From an uncultured Candidatus Rokubacteria bacterium (GTDB lineage: Bacteria > Methylomirabilota > Methylomirabilia > Rokubacteriales > CSP1-6), in assembly GCA_963771355.1 (NCBI GenBank), contig CAVYTA010000006.1:1024001-1088000 (forward strand): a stretch of 64,000 nt of DNA, read 5' to 3'. A program made the position numbers and the translations under genes. This document shows, in pieces, positions 53,006 to 63,644 of this stretch. Below the pieces are notes generated by a model. The model saw nothing but the letters and a program-made list of their open reading frames with translations, was not told the DNA's origin and did no database searches. Numbering within the stretch: position 1 is the stretch's first letter; each line of letters begins with the position of its first letter.

Positions 53006-53350
53006 TCAGAGCCGATCGAGCGCGGCCAGCCGGAGCCGGCGCACCCGTCGCGAGCCCGTCCATCGGTACCGGTCCAGCGCGAGCCGTCCGCGCCGAACGG
53101 TCACCCCTTCCTGCTCCAAGAGAATTCGCTGCGTGAGCATGCTCCCCACGTTCCCCCGCACGCTGATGCCGCCCCGCGCGTTCACCACGCGGTGCCACGG
53201 CAGCCCCCCCGGGCAGTGTCGCATGGCCTGGCCCACCGCGCGCGCCGCCCGGGGGGCGCCGAGCAGGGCCGCGATCTGCCCGTAGGTCACCACCCGGCCG
53301 CGGGGGATGGTCCGCACGAAGCCGTACACCGCCCCCTGAAACCGTTTCAC
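53006..53350 (-). CDS. Alkyltransferase-like protein (ATL; MGMT family, PWHR)
   Basis: [25 protein letters not shown] (Trp replaces the catalytic Cys). Confidence 0.9.
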   Translation of the reverse strand: MKRFQGAVYGFVRTIPRGRVVTYGQIAALLGAPRAARAVGQAMRHCPGGLPWHRVVNARGGISVRGNVGSMLTQRILLEQEGVTVRRGRLALDRYRWTGSRRVRRLRLAALDRL

Positions 53351-55149
53351 GCCGTCTCCCGCCCGAACTGCAGCTCGTACAGCCGCGCGTAGATGCCGCC
53401 CGCCGCGAGCAGCGCCGCATGCTTTCCCGACTCGCGCATCCGCCCCTTGTGCAGCACGAGGATCCGATCCGCGTTCTGGATGGTGGACAGCCGATGCGCG
53501 ATGATCAAGCTGGCCCGCCCCTCGAGCAGCGCCATCATCGCCGCGCGAATGAGCGCCTCCGACTCCGGATCGACGCTGGAGGTCGCCTCATCGAGGGCGA
53601 GGACTCGAGGATTATAGATGAGGGCACGGGCGATGGCCAGCAGCTGTCGCTGCCCGTGGGACAGATTGACGCCGCGCTCCCGGACCTCCGCGTCGAGGTC
53701 CTGCGGCAGGGCGGCCACGAAGCGCGCCGCCTGGGCCCGCTCGAGCGCCCGCGCCAGCGCTTCGGCCGACACCGCCCCGTCACCGGCGAGCACGAGATTC
53801 TCGCGAATGCTGCCCGCGAAGAGAAAGGCCTCCTGCGGCACCAGCCCCACATGGCGGCGCAGCGCGCGAAGATCCCACTCGCGCACGTCTACGCCCCCCA
53901 CCAGCACCTGCCCCTCCGCGACCTCGTAGGCGCGGATCATGAGGCGCGCGATGGTGGACTTGCCCTCGCCAGTGGGGCCCACCAGCGCCACCCGCTCGCC
54001 CTCGCCGATGGTGAACGAGCAGTGGCGGAGCACCCAGTCCCCGCCCGGGTAGGCGAACGACACGTCCCGAAACTCCACCGCGGGGACGGCGGCCACACCC
54101 CGAGCGCTGGATGCGGGCCCGGCCGATGACAACGGGGGGGAGGTGATGGCCGGCGGCGTGTCGAGCAGGCCGAAGACGCGCTCGGAGGAGACCATGGCGG
54201 CCTGCATCACCGTGTACTTGGCGCCCAGATCCCGGATGGGCAGGAAGAAGCGGCTCGTGTACTCGATGAACGCCACCAGGCCGCCGAAGGTCAGCGCCCC
54301 CGCCAGGACCTCCCCGCCCCCGTACCAGAGGAGCAGCGCCACCGCCGCCGAGCCGATGGCCTCCACCGCCGCGTACAGCGACGCCTCGTAGACCGTGGAC
54401 CGGAACTGCGCCGCCCGGAGCCCGCCGTTGAGGCCCGCGAAGGCGGCGGCTTCCTGAGGCTCGCGGGCGAAGAGCTGGATCACCGTCATCCCCTGGAGCG
54501 ACTCCTGGAGGAAGGCGTTCAGCCGGGCCAGCTGCCGGCGCACCGCGCGATAGCTCTCGCGAGCGCGGAGCCGGAAATAGGCGGCGCCCACCACGAGCAC
54601 CGGCACGAGGGCGAAGGTCACCAGGGCGAGCTTCCAGTTCAGCGAGAGCAGGATGATGACGACCCCGGTGAGGGTGACCACGTCTCCCACGATGGCCACC
54701 ACACCGCTCGTGAACAGCTCGTTGATGGCCTCCACGTCGTTCAGCACGCGGGTCATGAGCCGGCCCACGGGATTCCGGTCGAAGAACGCCGAGTCCTGCC
54801 GCTGGAGATGCGCGAAGAGCGCCTGTCGCAGATCATGCATCACCCGCTGCCCGGTGAGCTGGGTCACGTAGGCCAGGGCGGCCCGGAGCGCGTAGAGCAC
54901 CACCAGGGTGAGCAGAAAGAGCCCGGCGATCCGGCTGAGGCCGCTCCAGTCTCCGGCGAGGATGTGGTGGTCGATGGCGACCTTGATGAGGTAGGGCTGC
55001 AGGAGCTCGGCGGCGGCGGTGAGCGGGAACAGCACGAGCGAGACGAGGACCAGCCGCTTGTGCGGCCGCGTCACCGCCCACAGCCGCGCCATCAGCCGGG
55101 CGTCGTAGGCCTTCCCGAGGATCTCGTCGTGGTCGTCAGGCCTGGTCAA
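53347..55149 (-). CDS. ABC exporter half-transporter (heterodimer subunit B)
   Basis: [41 protein letters not shown] start inferred. Confidence 0.9.
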   Translation of the reverse strand: MTRPDDHDEILGKAYDARLMARLWAVTRPHKRLVLVSLVLFPLTAAAELLQPYLIKVAIDHHILAGDWSGLSRIAGLFLLTLVVLYALRAALAYVTQLTGQRVMHDLRQALFAHLQRQDSAFFDRNPVGRLMTRVLNDVEAINELFTSGVVAIVGDVVTLTGVVIILLSLNWKLALVTFALVPVLVVGAAYFRLRARESYRAVRRQLARLNAFLQESLQGMTVIQLFAREPQEAAAFAGLNGGLRAAQFRSTVYEASLYAAVEAIGSAAVALLLWYGGGEVLAGALTFGGLVAFIEYTSRFFLPIRDLGAKYTVMQAAMVSSERVFGLLDTPPAITSPPLSSAGPASSARGVAAVPAVEFRDVSFAYPGGDWVLRHCSFTIGEGERVALVGPTGEGKSTIARLMIRAYEVAEGQVLVGGVDVREWDLRALRRHVGLVPQEAFLFAGSIRENLVLAGDGAVSAEALARALERAQAARFVAALPQDLDAEVRERGVNLSHGQRQLLAIARALIYNPRVLALDEATSSVDPESEALIRAAMMALLEGRASLIIAHRLSTIQNADRILVLHKGRMRESGKHAALLAAGGIYARLYELQFGRETA

Positions 55150-56893
55150 GCTCGGCCTCGATCTGCTGCGTGCGCCAGAGCCGCGCGTAGAGCCCTCCGG
55201 CCCGAGCGAGCTCCTCGTGGGTGCCCTCCTCGACCACCCGCCCCGCGTCCAGCACCACCACCCGGTCGGCGGTCTCCGCGACCCGGAGCCGGTGCGTGAT
55301 GGCCAGCGTGGTGCGTCCCCGGAGCGCGCCTCCCAGGCTCCGCAGGATCTCGGCTTCCTTGCCCGGATCCACGGAGGCGAACACGTCGTCGAGGACGAGG
55401 TAGGCGGGGTCGCCCAGGAGCGCCCGCGCGAGAGCCGCCCGCTGGCGCTGGCCGCCCGAGAGCGTGAGGCCGCGCTCGCCCACCACGGTGTCCCAGCCCC
55501 CGGGGAGGGCCTCGACTTCCTCGGCCAGCCCCGCGGTGACGGCCGCCGCGCGCACGCGCTCGTCGGGCGCGTCGTCGTCCGCCAAGCGGAGATTGTCCCG
55601 CAGCGAGCGCGAGAAGAGGAACGCCTCCTGCGGGACATAGCCGATGCTCCGGCGCAGCATCGCCGCCGGCTGGTCGCGCACGTCGACACCGCCCACGAAC
55701 ACCGTGCCGCGCGGCGGCTCGTGCAATCGGCAGACCAGCGCGCCCAGCGTCGACTTGCCGCTGCCCGTCGGTCCCACCACCGCCACCACGCTCCCGGACG
55801 GGACCGTGAACGAGACGTCGCGCAGCGTGGGCTCACGGCCGGGGTAGGAAAAAGTGAGGCTCCGGAACTCGAGCGCACCGGAAGGAAGGAGAGCGGGCGG
55901 GGCCGTCGCGGCCGATCTCTGGTCCGGCCGATCGGCCGCCCCGGACACCGAGTCCAGGACCTCGGCGATCCGTTCCATGGACGTCATCCCGCGGCGCACG
56001 ATGGCCAGCGTCCAGCCCAGCGCCACGGTGGGCCAGGCCAGATAGGCCAGGTATCCGTTGAAGGCCACGAAGGAGCCGAGCGTGATGCGGCCCTCGACCA
56101 CGGCCCGCCCACCGAGCCAGAGAATGATCAGGCTGCCCAGCCCCGCCACCAGGCCCATCAGAGGCCAGAAGCCCGCCTGAGTGCGGGCCAGGCGCAGGCT
56201 GCGCGTCATGTACTCGGCGTTGAGCCGGCCGAAGCTCTCGATCTCCCGCGTCTCCATGGTGTAGGCGCGCACCACCGGCATGCCGGTGAGGTTCTCCTGC
56301 ACCTTGGCGGAGAGCACGCCCAGCTGCTCCTGGACGGCGACGGACTGCTCGTCCACCGCGTGGCTGAAGCGCTTGGTCGCGAGCACGAGGAGGGGCGACG
56401 GCGACAGCGCCCAGAGGGTGAGCCAGGGATCGATGGTCCACATGGCGGCCAGCGTGCCGGCGAAAGCGAGCGTGGTCGCCACCAGCATGGTGCCGCCGAA
56501 GCCCGCCAGCGCGCGCACGTTGCTCACGTCGCTGGTGGCGCGCGACATGAGATCGCCGGTGCGATGCGTCTGGTAGAAGGCGGGCGGGCGGCGGAGGAAG
56601 GACGCATAGAGGTCCCGGCGGATGTCGTGCTCCACCCACTGTCCGGCGCCGATCATGGCGAAGCGCGAGCCGAGGCGGGCGAGGCCGTGCAGGACGGCCA
56701 GGGCCAGGATGAGCAGGGCGAACACGCCCAGCGCGTGTCGGTCCGTGCCCGCGGTGAGCGCGTCCACCGCGCGCTTCACCGTCCAGGGAATGGCCAGCGA
56801 GAACGCGGTGGCGAAGACGAGGCACGCCACTCCCACGAGATAGCGGGTGAGATAGGGACGGAGATAGCCAAGGAGTCGCCGGACCGGGGACAT
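55136..56893 (-). CDS. ABC exporter half-transporter (heterodimer subunit A, degenerate LDD Walker B)
   Basis: TGDLMSR, GPTGSGKST, LSGGQRQ, LDDVFASVD. Confidence 0.92.
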   Translation of the reverse strand: MSPVRRLLGYLRPYLTRYLVGVACLVFATAFSLAIPWTVKRAVDALTAGTDRHALGVFALLILALAVLHGLARLGSRFAMIGAGQWVEHDIRRDLYASFLRRPPAFYQTHRTGDLMSRATSDVSNVRALAGFGGTMLVATTLAFAGTLAAMWTIDPWLTLWALSPSPLLVLATKRFSHAVDEQSVAVQEQLGVLSAKVQENLTGMPVVRAYTMETREIESFGRLNAEYMTRSLRLARTQAGFWPLMGLVAGLGSLIILWLGGRAVVEGRITLGSFVAFNGYLAYLAWPTVALGWTLAIVRRGMTSMERIAEVLDSVSGAADRPDQRSAATAPPALLPSGALEFRSLTFSYPGREPTLRDVSFTVPSGSVVAVVGPTGSGKSTLGALVCRLHEPPRGTVFVGGVDVRDQPAAMLRRSIGYVPQEAFLFSRSLRDNLRLADDDAPDERVRAAAVTAGLAEEVEALPGGWDTVVGERGLTLSGGQRQRAALARALLGDPAYLVLDDVFASVDPGKEAEILRSLGGALRGRTTLAITHRLRVAETADRVVVLDAGRVVEEGTHEELARAGGLYARLWRTQQIEAELDQA

Positions 56894-56936
56894 CCTGTCA
56901 GTATAGACGCCGCCCCGCGCCGGAGCGGGAACGCGA

Positions 56937-57870
56937 TCAGCCGACAGCTTCGCGGGGGCGGCCGTCGCGGTATGGGCGCAGGGCCGCATAGAGCGCGGCC
57001 AGCGCGGGCGTGGGAATGCCGTGCCGCTCGCCCAGGCGCACCGCATGGCCTTGCAGCGCCTCCAGCTCCAGGCGCTTCCCGTGGGCGAGGTCGAAATGCA
57101 GCGAGGAGAAGGCCCCGGGTCCGAGGGTGTCCAGCCGGCCGAGGACCGCCTCGGTCAGCGTGTCGTCGATGGCGACGCCCCCTGCCGCGGCCCACCCGCA
57201 CCAGCTCCTCGAAGAGGCGCCGGTACATGGCGCGCGTCTCCGGCAGCGCGCGAAGCACGCCGACCGGGCACCGCGTCAGCGCGGTCATGCCGGACTGGGC
57301 GACGAGGAACACATACTTCTCCCACAGCATCCGGAGAGGATCCGCGGCCAGCTCGGCGGGGATACCGGCCCCCCCGCAGGCAGCGAGGAACGCCCGCACG
57401 CGCTCGGACTCCTTCCCGCTCATCTCGCCGAAGCGCAGCCGGCCCAGGAGCCCGTGGCTGATCACGCCGGGCGCCTCGATGGTGGCGAACACCTCCGCGA
57501 TCCCCGCGATCACGTGGCCCGGCCCCAGGATGGCCGCCAGCTTGTCCTCGTTGTCGACGCCGTTCTGGATGGAGAGCACGCCGGTGTCCGGGCCCACCAC
57601 CGGCCGGATGACGTCGGCGGCCGCCTCGGTGTCGAACGACTTCACGCAGAAGAGCACGAGATCGGCCGGCGGCGCCTCGTCGAGGCGCTCCACCGCGGGC
57701 GCGCGGACGGTGAACTCGCCCTCCAGAACCGACTTCACGCGAAGTCCGCCCGCCTGGATGGCGCGGAGGTGCTCGCCCCGCGCCACGAAGGTGACGTCCT
57801 CCCCCGCCCGCGCGAGCTTGGCGCCGAAGAAGCCCCCCGTGCCCCCGCTCCCCATGATCACGATCCGCAT
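56937..57870 (-). CDS. panE: 2-dehydropantoate 2-reductase family, +1 frameshift at G5 run 57178-57182
   Basis: MGSGGTGG, CVKSFD, QNGV, LWEK; C-terminus SSLHFDL..GKRLELEAL..GIPTP is in the next frame; span 934 = 3n+1. Confidence 0.85.
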
Positions 57871-58862
57871 CAGAGCCACCCCGCGCGCTTGAATCGCCAG
57901 TAGAGCCCCCCGCAGACCGCCACCATCAGGCCGAGCGCGAAGGGGTAACCGAGCCACCACTCGAGCTCGGGCATGTGCTGGAAGTTCATCCCGTACACCC
58001 CCGCGATCATGGTGGGCACCGCGATGATGGCGGCCCACGCCGCCAGTTGCTTCATGGAGTCGTTCTGGGCCACCGCGATCAGCGAGAGATTGGCCTCCAG
58101 CGCGGAGGTGAGGAGCTCGCGGAGGCTGTCCACCGTCTCGTTGATCCGCACCGAGTGATCGTAGACGTCCCGGACATAGGGACGGACCTCCTCCGGCACG
58201 AGGTCGATGTCGAACCGCACCAGCCGGTTGCAGATGTCGATCAGGGGGGAGACCGCCCGCTTCAGCTCCAGCAGGCTGCGCTTGAGGTTGTAGATGGCCT
58301 CGGTGGTGTCCCGGCTGAACTGATCCCCGAAGATGGCCTCCTCCAGCCGCTGGAGCTCGGACTCCAGCTCGTCCACCACCGGGAAGTACTGGTCCACGAT
58401 GAAGTCCATGATCGCGTACAGCACGAAGCCGGGCCCCATCTTGAGCAGCCGCGGGTTCGTCTCGCAGCGGGCGCGGACGGGCGCGTAGGAGAGGGAGGCC
58501 CCGTGCCGCACCGACACGATGTAGCGCGGGCCGACGAAGAGGTGGGTCTCGCCGAACTCGGCGGCCTTCTTCTCGTGACTCATCTGAGCGGTACGCAGGG
58601 CCATGAAGAACGAGTCGCCGTAGCGCTCGAGCTTGGGCCGCTGATGGGCGAGGAGCGCATCCTCGATGGCCAGCTCGTGCAGGCCGAACTCCTCCTTCAC
58701 CTTCTGCAGGAGCTCGGGTCCCGGCTCGTACAGCCCGATCCACACGAACTGGTCGGAGAGCTTGAGGACCTCGCTGATGTCCTCGATGGCGACGTTGGCC
58801 ACGCGGCAGCCGCCCGCATAGGCCACGCAGTTCACCACCCCGGGCTGAGTCTTCGTTTCCAT
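57870..58862 (-). CDS. corA: Magnesium/cobalt transporter CorA
   Basis: HQRPKLE, YGMNF, MPEL, two C-terminal TMs. Confidence 0.95.
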   Translation of the reverse strand: METKTQPGVVNCVAYAGGCRVANVAIEDISEVLKLSDQFVWIGLYEPGPELLQKVKEEFGLHELAIEDALLAHQRPKLERYGDSFFMALRTAQMSHEKKAAEFGETHLFVGPRYIVSVRHGASLSYAPVRARCETNPRLLKMGPGFVLYAIMDFIVDQYFPVVDELESELQRLEEAIFGDQFSRDTTEAIYNLKRSLLELKRAVSPLIDICNRLVRFDIDLVPEEVRPYVRDVYDHSVRINETVDSLRELLTSALEANLSLIAVAQNDSMKQLAAWAAIIAVPTMIAGVYGMNFQHMPELEWWLGYPFALGLMVAVCGGLYWRFKRAGWL

Positions 58863-58958
58863 GATCGTCCCGCGCCCACTGTGCCGAGCGACGCCGATGG
58901 TTGTCAAGGCGCGCGAGGAGCCGGGCCGCGCCCCGGCCCCGTGCTACGCTCGAGGCCC

Positions 58959-59765
58959 ATGAGCGAGGCGTTCCGGGACGTTGCCGTCGCGGCGGCGAGG
59001 CGCGCGGGAGCTTTTCTCCGGGCCCATCGCGGCGGTGCCCGCGCCATTTCCACGAAGTCGAGCCCCATCAACCTCGTCACCGAGATCGATCGCGGGGCGG
59101 AGGCGCTCGTGGTCGAGACCATTCGCGCCCGCTTCCCCGACCACTCGATCCTGGCCGAGGAAGGCGGCGCTCAGCGTCGCTCCCCCACCCATTGCTGGGT
59201 GATCGACCCTCTGGACGGGACTACGAACTTCGTCCACGGGCTCCCTCTCTACTCGGTCTCCATCGCGCTCGAGGTGGAGGGCCGCGCCCTGGTCGGGGTG
59301 GTCTACGATCCGAACCTCGACGAGTGCTTCGTGGCCGAGCGGGGTACGGGCGCCTTCCTCGAGGGGCGGCGCCTGGCGGTCTCGGCCACCACGAGCCTCG
59401 GCGCCAGCCTGCTCGCCACCGGCTTTCCGTACGATGTGCGGGACACCGCGGACAATAACCTCGCCGAATACGCCGCCTTCACCCGTCGCAACCGGAGCGT
59501 GCGCGAGCTGGGCTCGGCGGCCATCACCCTGGCCGCCGTCGCGGCCGGACGCCTCGACGGCTACTGGGAGCTGGTCCTGGGGCCCTGGGACGCGGCGGCG
59601 GGGGCTTTGCTCGTGGAGGAGGCGGGCGGGCGGGTTACCGCGCTCGACGGCGGGCCGCTCGACCGCGCGGCCCCCGCCCTGGTCGCGTCGAACGGCCGCA
59701 TCCATCCCGAGATGATCGCCCTCCTCACCGAGGTCCGCGCCCAGCGTCGGGCGCCGCAGCAATAG
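58959..59765 (+). CDS. suhB: Inositol monophosphatase family
   Basis: AEE, WVIDPLDGTTNF, GSAA, WDAAAG. Confidence 0.92.
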   Translation: MSEAFRDVAVAAARRAGAFLRAHRGGARAISTKSSPINLVTEIDRGAEALVVETIRARFPDHSILAEEGGAQRRSPTHCWVIDPLDGTTNFVHGLPLYSVSIALEVEGRALVGVVYDPNLDECFVAERGTGAFLEGRRLAVSATTSLGASLLATGFPYDVRDTADNNLAEYAAFTRRNRSVRELGSAAITLAAVAAGRLDGYWELVLGPWDAAAGALLVEEAGGRVTALDGGPLDRAAPALVASNGRIHPEMIALLTEVRAQRRAPQQ

Positions 59766-59769
59766 CCCC

Positions 59770-60234
59770 TCAGCGGCGCTCCACGCGGGGGATGATCCAG
59801 CGCCGCGGACCGAGGACGAGCGCCGCGCTCCCGCTTTCCGGGTCGTCCTCCAGGCGCTGGAGGAGCTGGTAGGCGGCGGCGCGAGAGAAGCGCGCCTGGA
59901 AGCGCCCCTCCTTCACCGTCGCGTATGGGATCTCGCCCGGCCCCAGCCGCAATGTCTCGGGTCGGAGCGGCTCGCGGCTGCCATCATTGAGGATGACGGC
60001 CAAGCCTTCCCCATCGGCCTCGACGCGGACCACCACCAGCGGAGCATCGTCCACCTCCACCGGTACGCGTACCGGGCCGATCTGGAGGTAGTGCCCGTCG
60101 GCATCGCGCAGGAGGCCGTCCCGCAGGCTGGCGAGGATGCCCTCGTGGGTGACCTCCGCGTCCTCGTGGTACCAGAGCCCGTCGCGGTCGATGCGGAGCC
60201 GCGGGAGCTTCCACGTGGACGGATCAGTAGCCAT
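59770..60234 (-). CDS. DUF1285-like protein
   Basis: RIDRDGLWYH, VEVDDAPLVV, ARFSRAAAY. Confidence 0.7.
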   Translation of the reverse strand: MATDPSTWKLPRLRIDRDGLWYHEDAEVTHEGILASLRDGLLRDADGHYLQIGPVRVPVEVDDAPLVVVRVEADGEGLAVILNDGSREPLRPETLRLGPGEIPYATVKEGRFQARFSRAAAYQLLQRLEDDPESGSAALVLGPRRWIIPRVERR

Positions 60235-60255
60235 GAGGCCGCCGTGGTTCCGCGC

Positions 60256-61677
60256 TCAGGAAAACGCCGCCGCGCAGAAGCTGACCGTCCCCTCGGGGTC
60301 GGGCCACTGGCGGTAGCGGAGGAGGCGGCCGGGCGCTCCCGGGAGCACGCGAAGAAACGTGTAGATGGGGGAGAGCCCGCAGATGCGCCGCGCGTCGCCA
60401 TCGGCCGCCACCGACGCGAAGAAGGCGGGGGCGTCCGCGGCGATGACCGTCTCGAGCATGGCGCGATCCTCCCGCTCGACCTCGGCGAGGAAGGCCGACG
60501 TATTCGGCTCGGCGTCGCCGAAGCGCGGCCCCACGTGGGCCAGGTCCACCCCGCCCACCACGCAGACGCGGCGCGGAGAGGCAGCGAGCGTCTCGGCCAG
60601 GGCGCCGAGGAATCGCGGCACGCGCCCGTCGGCCTCGGCGCCCTTCCCCGTCCACACCGCCTCGTGCAGAAACGAGGCGAGCAGCGGCACCATGGTGAAG
60701 GGCCGGTCGCCGAGCGCCCAGCGCAGCATCACCGCCTGGAACTCGATGGAGTGCTCGACGCGATGCGCGCCTTCCGAGGCGAAGAGATCGCCGCCGTAGC
60801 GGCGGCCCAGCGCGTCGAGGAACTCGCGGTCCGCCGGCACCGGGCCCAGCGGCGTCTCGAAGGCCTTCACCGTGGCCGCGAACGGCTCCATCATGCCCGC
60901 GTGGCAGGTGCCCAGGACCACGAACAGGTCGGCATCGCATCGCTCCAGCACTTCCCGGTATGCCCACGCGTACACCGGCCCACCCCGGTGAAAATCAATA
61001 TGCGGCGCGAGGAGCCCGCGCAGTTGCGGGCTCCGAAGCCTCCCTATAGAGGTCGCCCCTTGGGGCGACCGTAGATCAAATCCAGGAGTTGCCGCCAACC
61101 CTTCCCGCGACGACGTCGGATCAAATCCAGGAGTTGCCGCCAACCCCTCCCACAACGACCCCGGATCAAATCTCCGAGTCGCCGCCGACTCCTCTCGCAA
61201 CGACGTCGGATCAAATCCCCGAGTCGCCGGCAACCCGTCGGGCGCCGATCCAGGCCCGTCGGCATCGGCGAAAAACCCCGCGATCTGCTCCCGCAGGGCC
61301 TCCGACTCGCCGGCATACGCCCCGCCCGCATGGGCCGCGGGCCGGGTGGGACTGGCCGCGAAGTCGGACTCGATACGCCGGCGGCGCTCGGCGAAGCGGG
61401 GGCTATCCAGGAAGCCCGCCTCGTCCAGTCGCTCCGCCACCGCGAGCACGTCCCCGGCGGTGAGGCCCCCGCCGTGCCGGGCGGCCACGATGTCGCGGAT
61501 CTCGTCGATCGCGTGATCGCCGTCGAACAGTGAGATCACGTCGAGAAGCGGCATGGGCAGCACCGCCACCTGGTCTGTGAAACCGGACGGATCGCGGAGG
61601 CCGATCATGCGCTGCCCGTCCTGCTGGAAGGGAAACGCCTCGAGCGAGCGAAGACGCGGCCGCTCGGGGAGGGTCAC
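60256..61677 (-). CDS. amrB: MEMO1-family protein (AmmeMemoRadiSam protein B) with N-terminal extension and internal repeat insert
   Basis: AHAGGAY, APHID, LGTCH, EHSIEFQ, DLAH, ICG. Confidence 0.88.
   Translation of the reverse strand: MTLPERPRLRSLEAFPFQQDGQRMIGLRDPSGFTDQVAVLPMPLLDVISLFDGDHAIDEIRDIVAARHGGGLTAGDVLAVAERLDEAGFLDSPRFAERRRRIESDFAASPTRPAAHAGGAYAGESEALREQIAGFFADADGPGSAPDGLPATRGFDPTSLREESAATRRFDPGSLWEGLAATPGFDPTSSREGLAATPGFDLRSPQGATSIGRLRSPQLRGLLAPHIDFHRGGPVYAWAYREVLERCDADLFVVLGTCHAGMMEPFAATVKAFETPLGPVPADREFLDALGRRYGGDLFASEGAHRVEHSIEFQAVMLRWALGDRPFTMVPLLASFLHEAVWTGKGAEADGRVPRFLGALAETLAASPRRVCVVGGVDLAHVGPRFGDAEPNTSAFLAEVEREDRAMLETVIAADAPAFFASVAADGDARRICGLSPIYTFLRVLPGAPGRLLRYRQWPDPEGTVSFCAAAFS
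61027..61236. repeat. In-frame insert in amrB: 20-bp palindrome plus about 3.6 x 45-bp tandem units
   Basis: gatcaaatc at 61074, 61119, 61164, 61209; palindrome ggtcgcccc-tt-ggggcgacc at 61051-61070. Confidence 0.92.
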
Positions 61678-62906
61678 TATCCTTCGAGGTAGTTGAGAGC
61701 CGATGCGGCGTAAATCTTCGCCGCGTCAATCAATTCGAGAACCTCTACGTACTCGTCCACCTGGTGGGGAATCTGCCGGTTTCCGGGCCCGCACGTCACG
61801 ATGGGCAGCCCCAGCTCCATGCGCAGGATGGTCCCGTCGGTGGAGCCCGGCACCCCACCCCAGCGCGGGGCACGCCCCGTGGCTCGACGGACGCCCGCCA
61901 TCATCGCCTGCACGAGAGGCTCGGCCTTGTCCACCTTGGTGGCGAGGCGAAAGGCATTCACCGGCTCCCACTCCACCTTGACGCCCTCGACCGCGGCCTC
62001 ACCGGCACGACACAGCGCCTCGAGCTCGGCATGCAGCTCGTCCTCGCCCACGCCCGGCGTGACCCGGACGTCGAGCGTCATCTCTCCTAGCGCCGGGATC
62101 ACGTTCGACTGCGGCACGCCCACACCGCGGGGCGGTGCCTGGACGATGGTGGGCGTCACGGTGGGCGGCCTGAGATAGGGGCTCTTCTCGCAGCGGCGGC
62201 GCAGGCGGCGCTCGAAGGCCGGCACCTCGTCCAGGATGGCCCCGAGCGCGGTGATGGGGTTGAGCCCCGCCTCGCGGATCGCCCCATGCGCCATCTTGCC
62301 GCGCACGCGGAAGCGGGCCCAGACCACGCCGCGCTGGACCAGGCAGAGCTCGTTCTCCTCGGGCTCGCAGATGATGGCCGCGTCCAGCTCACGACCCACC
62401 GCGGTGGTGACGAGGTGGCGGGCGCCGAGCATCCGGTCTTCCTCGTCCACGAGCGCGCCCACCACGAGCTTCCCCGGGGGCTCCACGCCGGCGCGACGAA
62501 AGGCGGCCGCGGCCACCATGGCGGCGGCCAGCCCACCCTTCATGTCGGCGGCCCCGCGCCCGTAGATGCGCCCGTCCACGAGCTCGGCGCCGAACGGCGG
62601 CCGGCTCCACGCCGCGGGATCGCCCTCGGTGACCACGTCGGTATGGCCCTCGAGGAGCAGGCTTCGCGTGCCGTTCCGCTTCTCGCCGAGCGTGCCGATG
62701 ACATTGGGCCGGCCGGGCGCGACGTGCTGGATCTCGACCGCGAAGCCTTCCCGTCGCAGCCAGGCCTCGACATGAGCCGCCACCTCGGCCTCGGTGGCAT
62801 CGGGAACGTCGGGGCGGTATACGCTGGGAATGCGGACGAGGGTGCGGGTGAGCTCCACCAGCTCGTCGGCGTCGATCTTGGCGAGGATGCTCTTGAGCGC
62901 GCTCAT
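61677..62906 (-). CDS. M20 family metallopeptidase (ArgE/DapE-like)
   Basis: GHTDVV, GRGAADMKGG, DEE, CEP, HQVDE. Confidence 0.92.
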   Translation of the reverse strand: MSALKSILAKIDADELVELTRTLVRIPSVYRPDVPDATEAEVAAHVEAWLRREGFAVEIQHVAPGRPNVIGTLGEKRNGTRSLLLEGHTDVVTEGDPAAWSRPPFGAELVDGRIYGRGAADMKGGLAAAMVAAAAFRRAGVEPPGKLVVGALVDEEDRMLGARHLVTTAVGRELDAAIICEPEENELCLVQRGVVWARFRVRGKMAHGAIREAGLNPITALGAILDEVPAFERRLRRRCEKSPYLRPPTVTPTIVQAPPRGVGVPQSNVIPALGEMTLDVRVTPGVGEDELHAELEALCRAGEAAVEGVKVEWEPVNAFRLATKVDKAEPLVQAMMAGVRRATGRAPRWGGVPGSTDGTILRMELGLPIVTCGPGNRQIPHQVDEYVEVLELIDAAKIYAASALNYLEG

Positions 62907-62913
62907 GTGATGA

Positions 62914-63600
62914 CTATAGGGCCCGCCTCGCCCAGTCCGCAAGGAAGCGGCGGGGAGCCAGCGAGATCCAGCCGTCCTCCGTCGCACCGACGCGCGTGTC
63001 CCAGCCCCGCACCGCCGCCCGCGCGGTGAGCGCGCAGACGGCGGCGGCACGCTCGTCGCGCTGACGCAGCTCCGCCAGCGCGGCCACGATCGCCGCGGCG
63101 CCGCGCGGGAAGAGGCGCGCGACGAGCCGGTCCAGCGCGCCCTCGCGCAGACAGCACGCCCAGTAGACCTGGCTCTTGTCTCCGCGCGGCACGCGGCCGG
63201 GACGGTGCTCGGGCAGCAGCGTGCGAAGAAACGCGGTCGGAAACGCCTCCACGCGGAGTGCCTCCGGATGGGCGCGGGCCAGTGCGCGCGCGATCCGGGT
63301 GGCTTCCGCGTGCAGACGCTGCCCCACCGGGGCGGTGACGGAGCCGGGCCGGCAGCGAAGGTGGAAGGGCGCGCACGTGAGGCGACGCTCGCACTCGCGG
63401 CCCGAGCGCAGGCGCCGGAGATCCGGGCGCAGCGGGCCGTCGATACCGATGCCGACCAGGCGCGCCCCGCCCAGCAGCACGTGGGCGGCGTGAAGTGTCT
63501 CCGACGCGCGCACGTGGACACTGCGGACGGGCACGGCGGCGGTGGGATCGATCAGGCAGAGGCCGGTGGTGGGACGCGAATGGGAGTAGCCGATGTCCAC
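62914..63600 (-). CDS. DUF429-like predicted nuclease (RNase H fold); start uncertain
   Basis: GVDIG, GIDGP, RECE, VEAFP, DERAA pattern. Confidence 0.65.
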   Translation of the reverse strand: MDIGYSHSRPTTGLCLIDPTAAVPVRSVHVRASETLHAAHVLLGGARLVGIGIDGPLRPDLRRLRSGRECERRLTCAPFHLRCRPGSVTAPVGQRLHAEATRIARALARAHPEALRVEAFPTAFLRTLLPEHRPGRVPRGDKSQVYWACCLREGALDRLVARLFPRGAAAIVAALAELRQRDERAAAVCALTARAAVRGWDTRVGATEDGWISLAPRRFLADWARRAL

Positions 63601-63644
63601 GCCGAGCAGGACGCCGGCGGCGAGGCGGGGAGCCAGGGGAGCGG

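Noticed and set aside
61074..61236. Degenerate CRISPR inside amrB
   Set aside because: The 45-bp period is too short, the variable parts resemble each other, and the frame is preserved.
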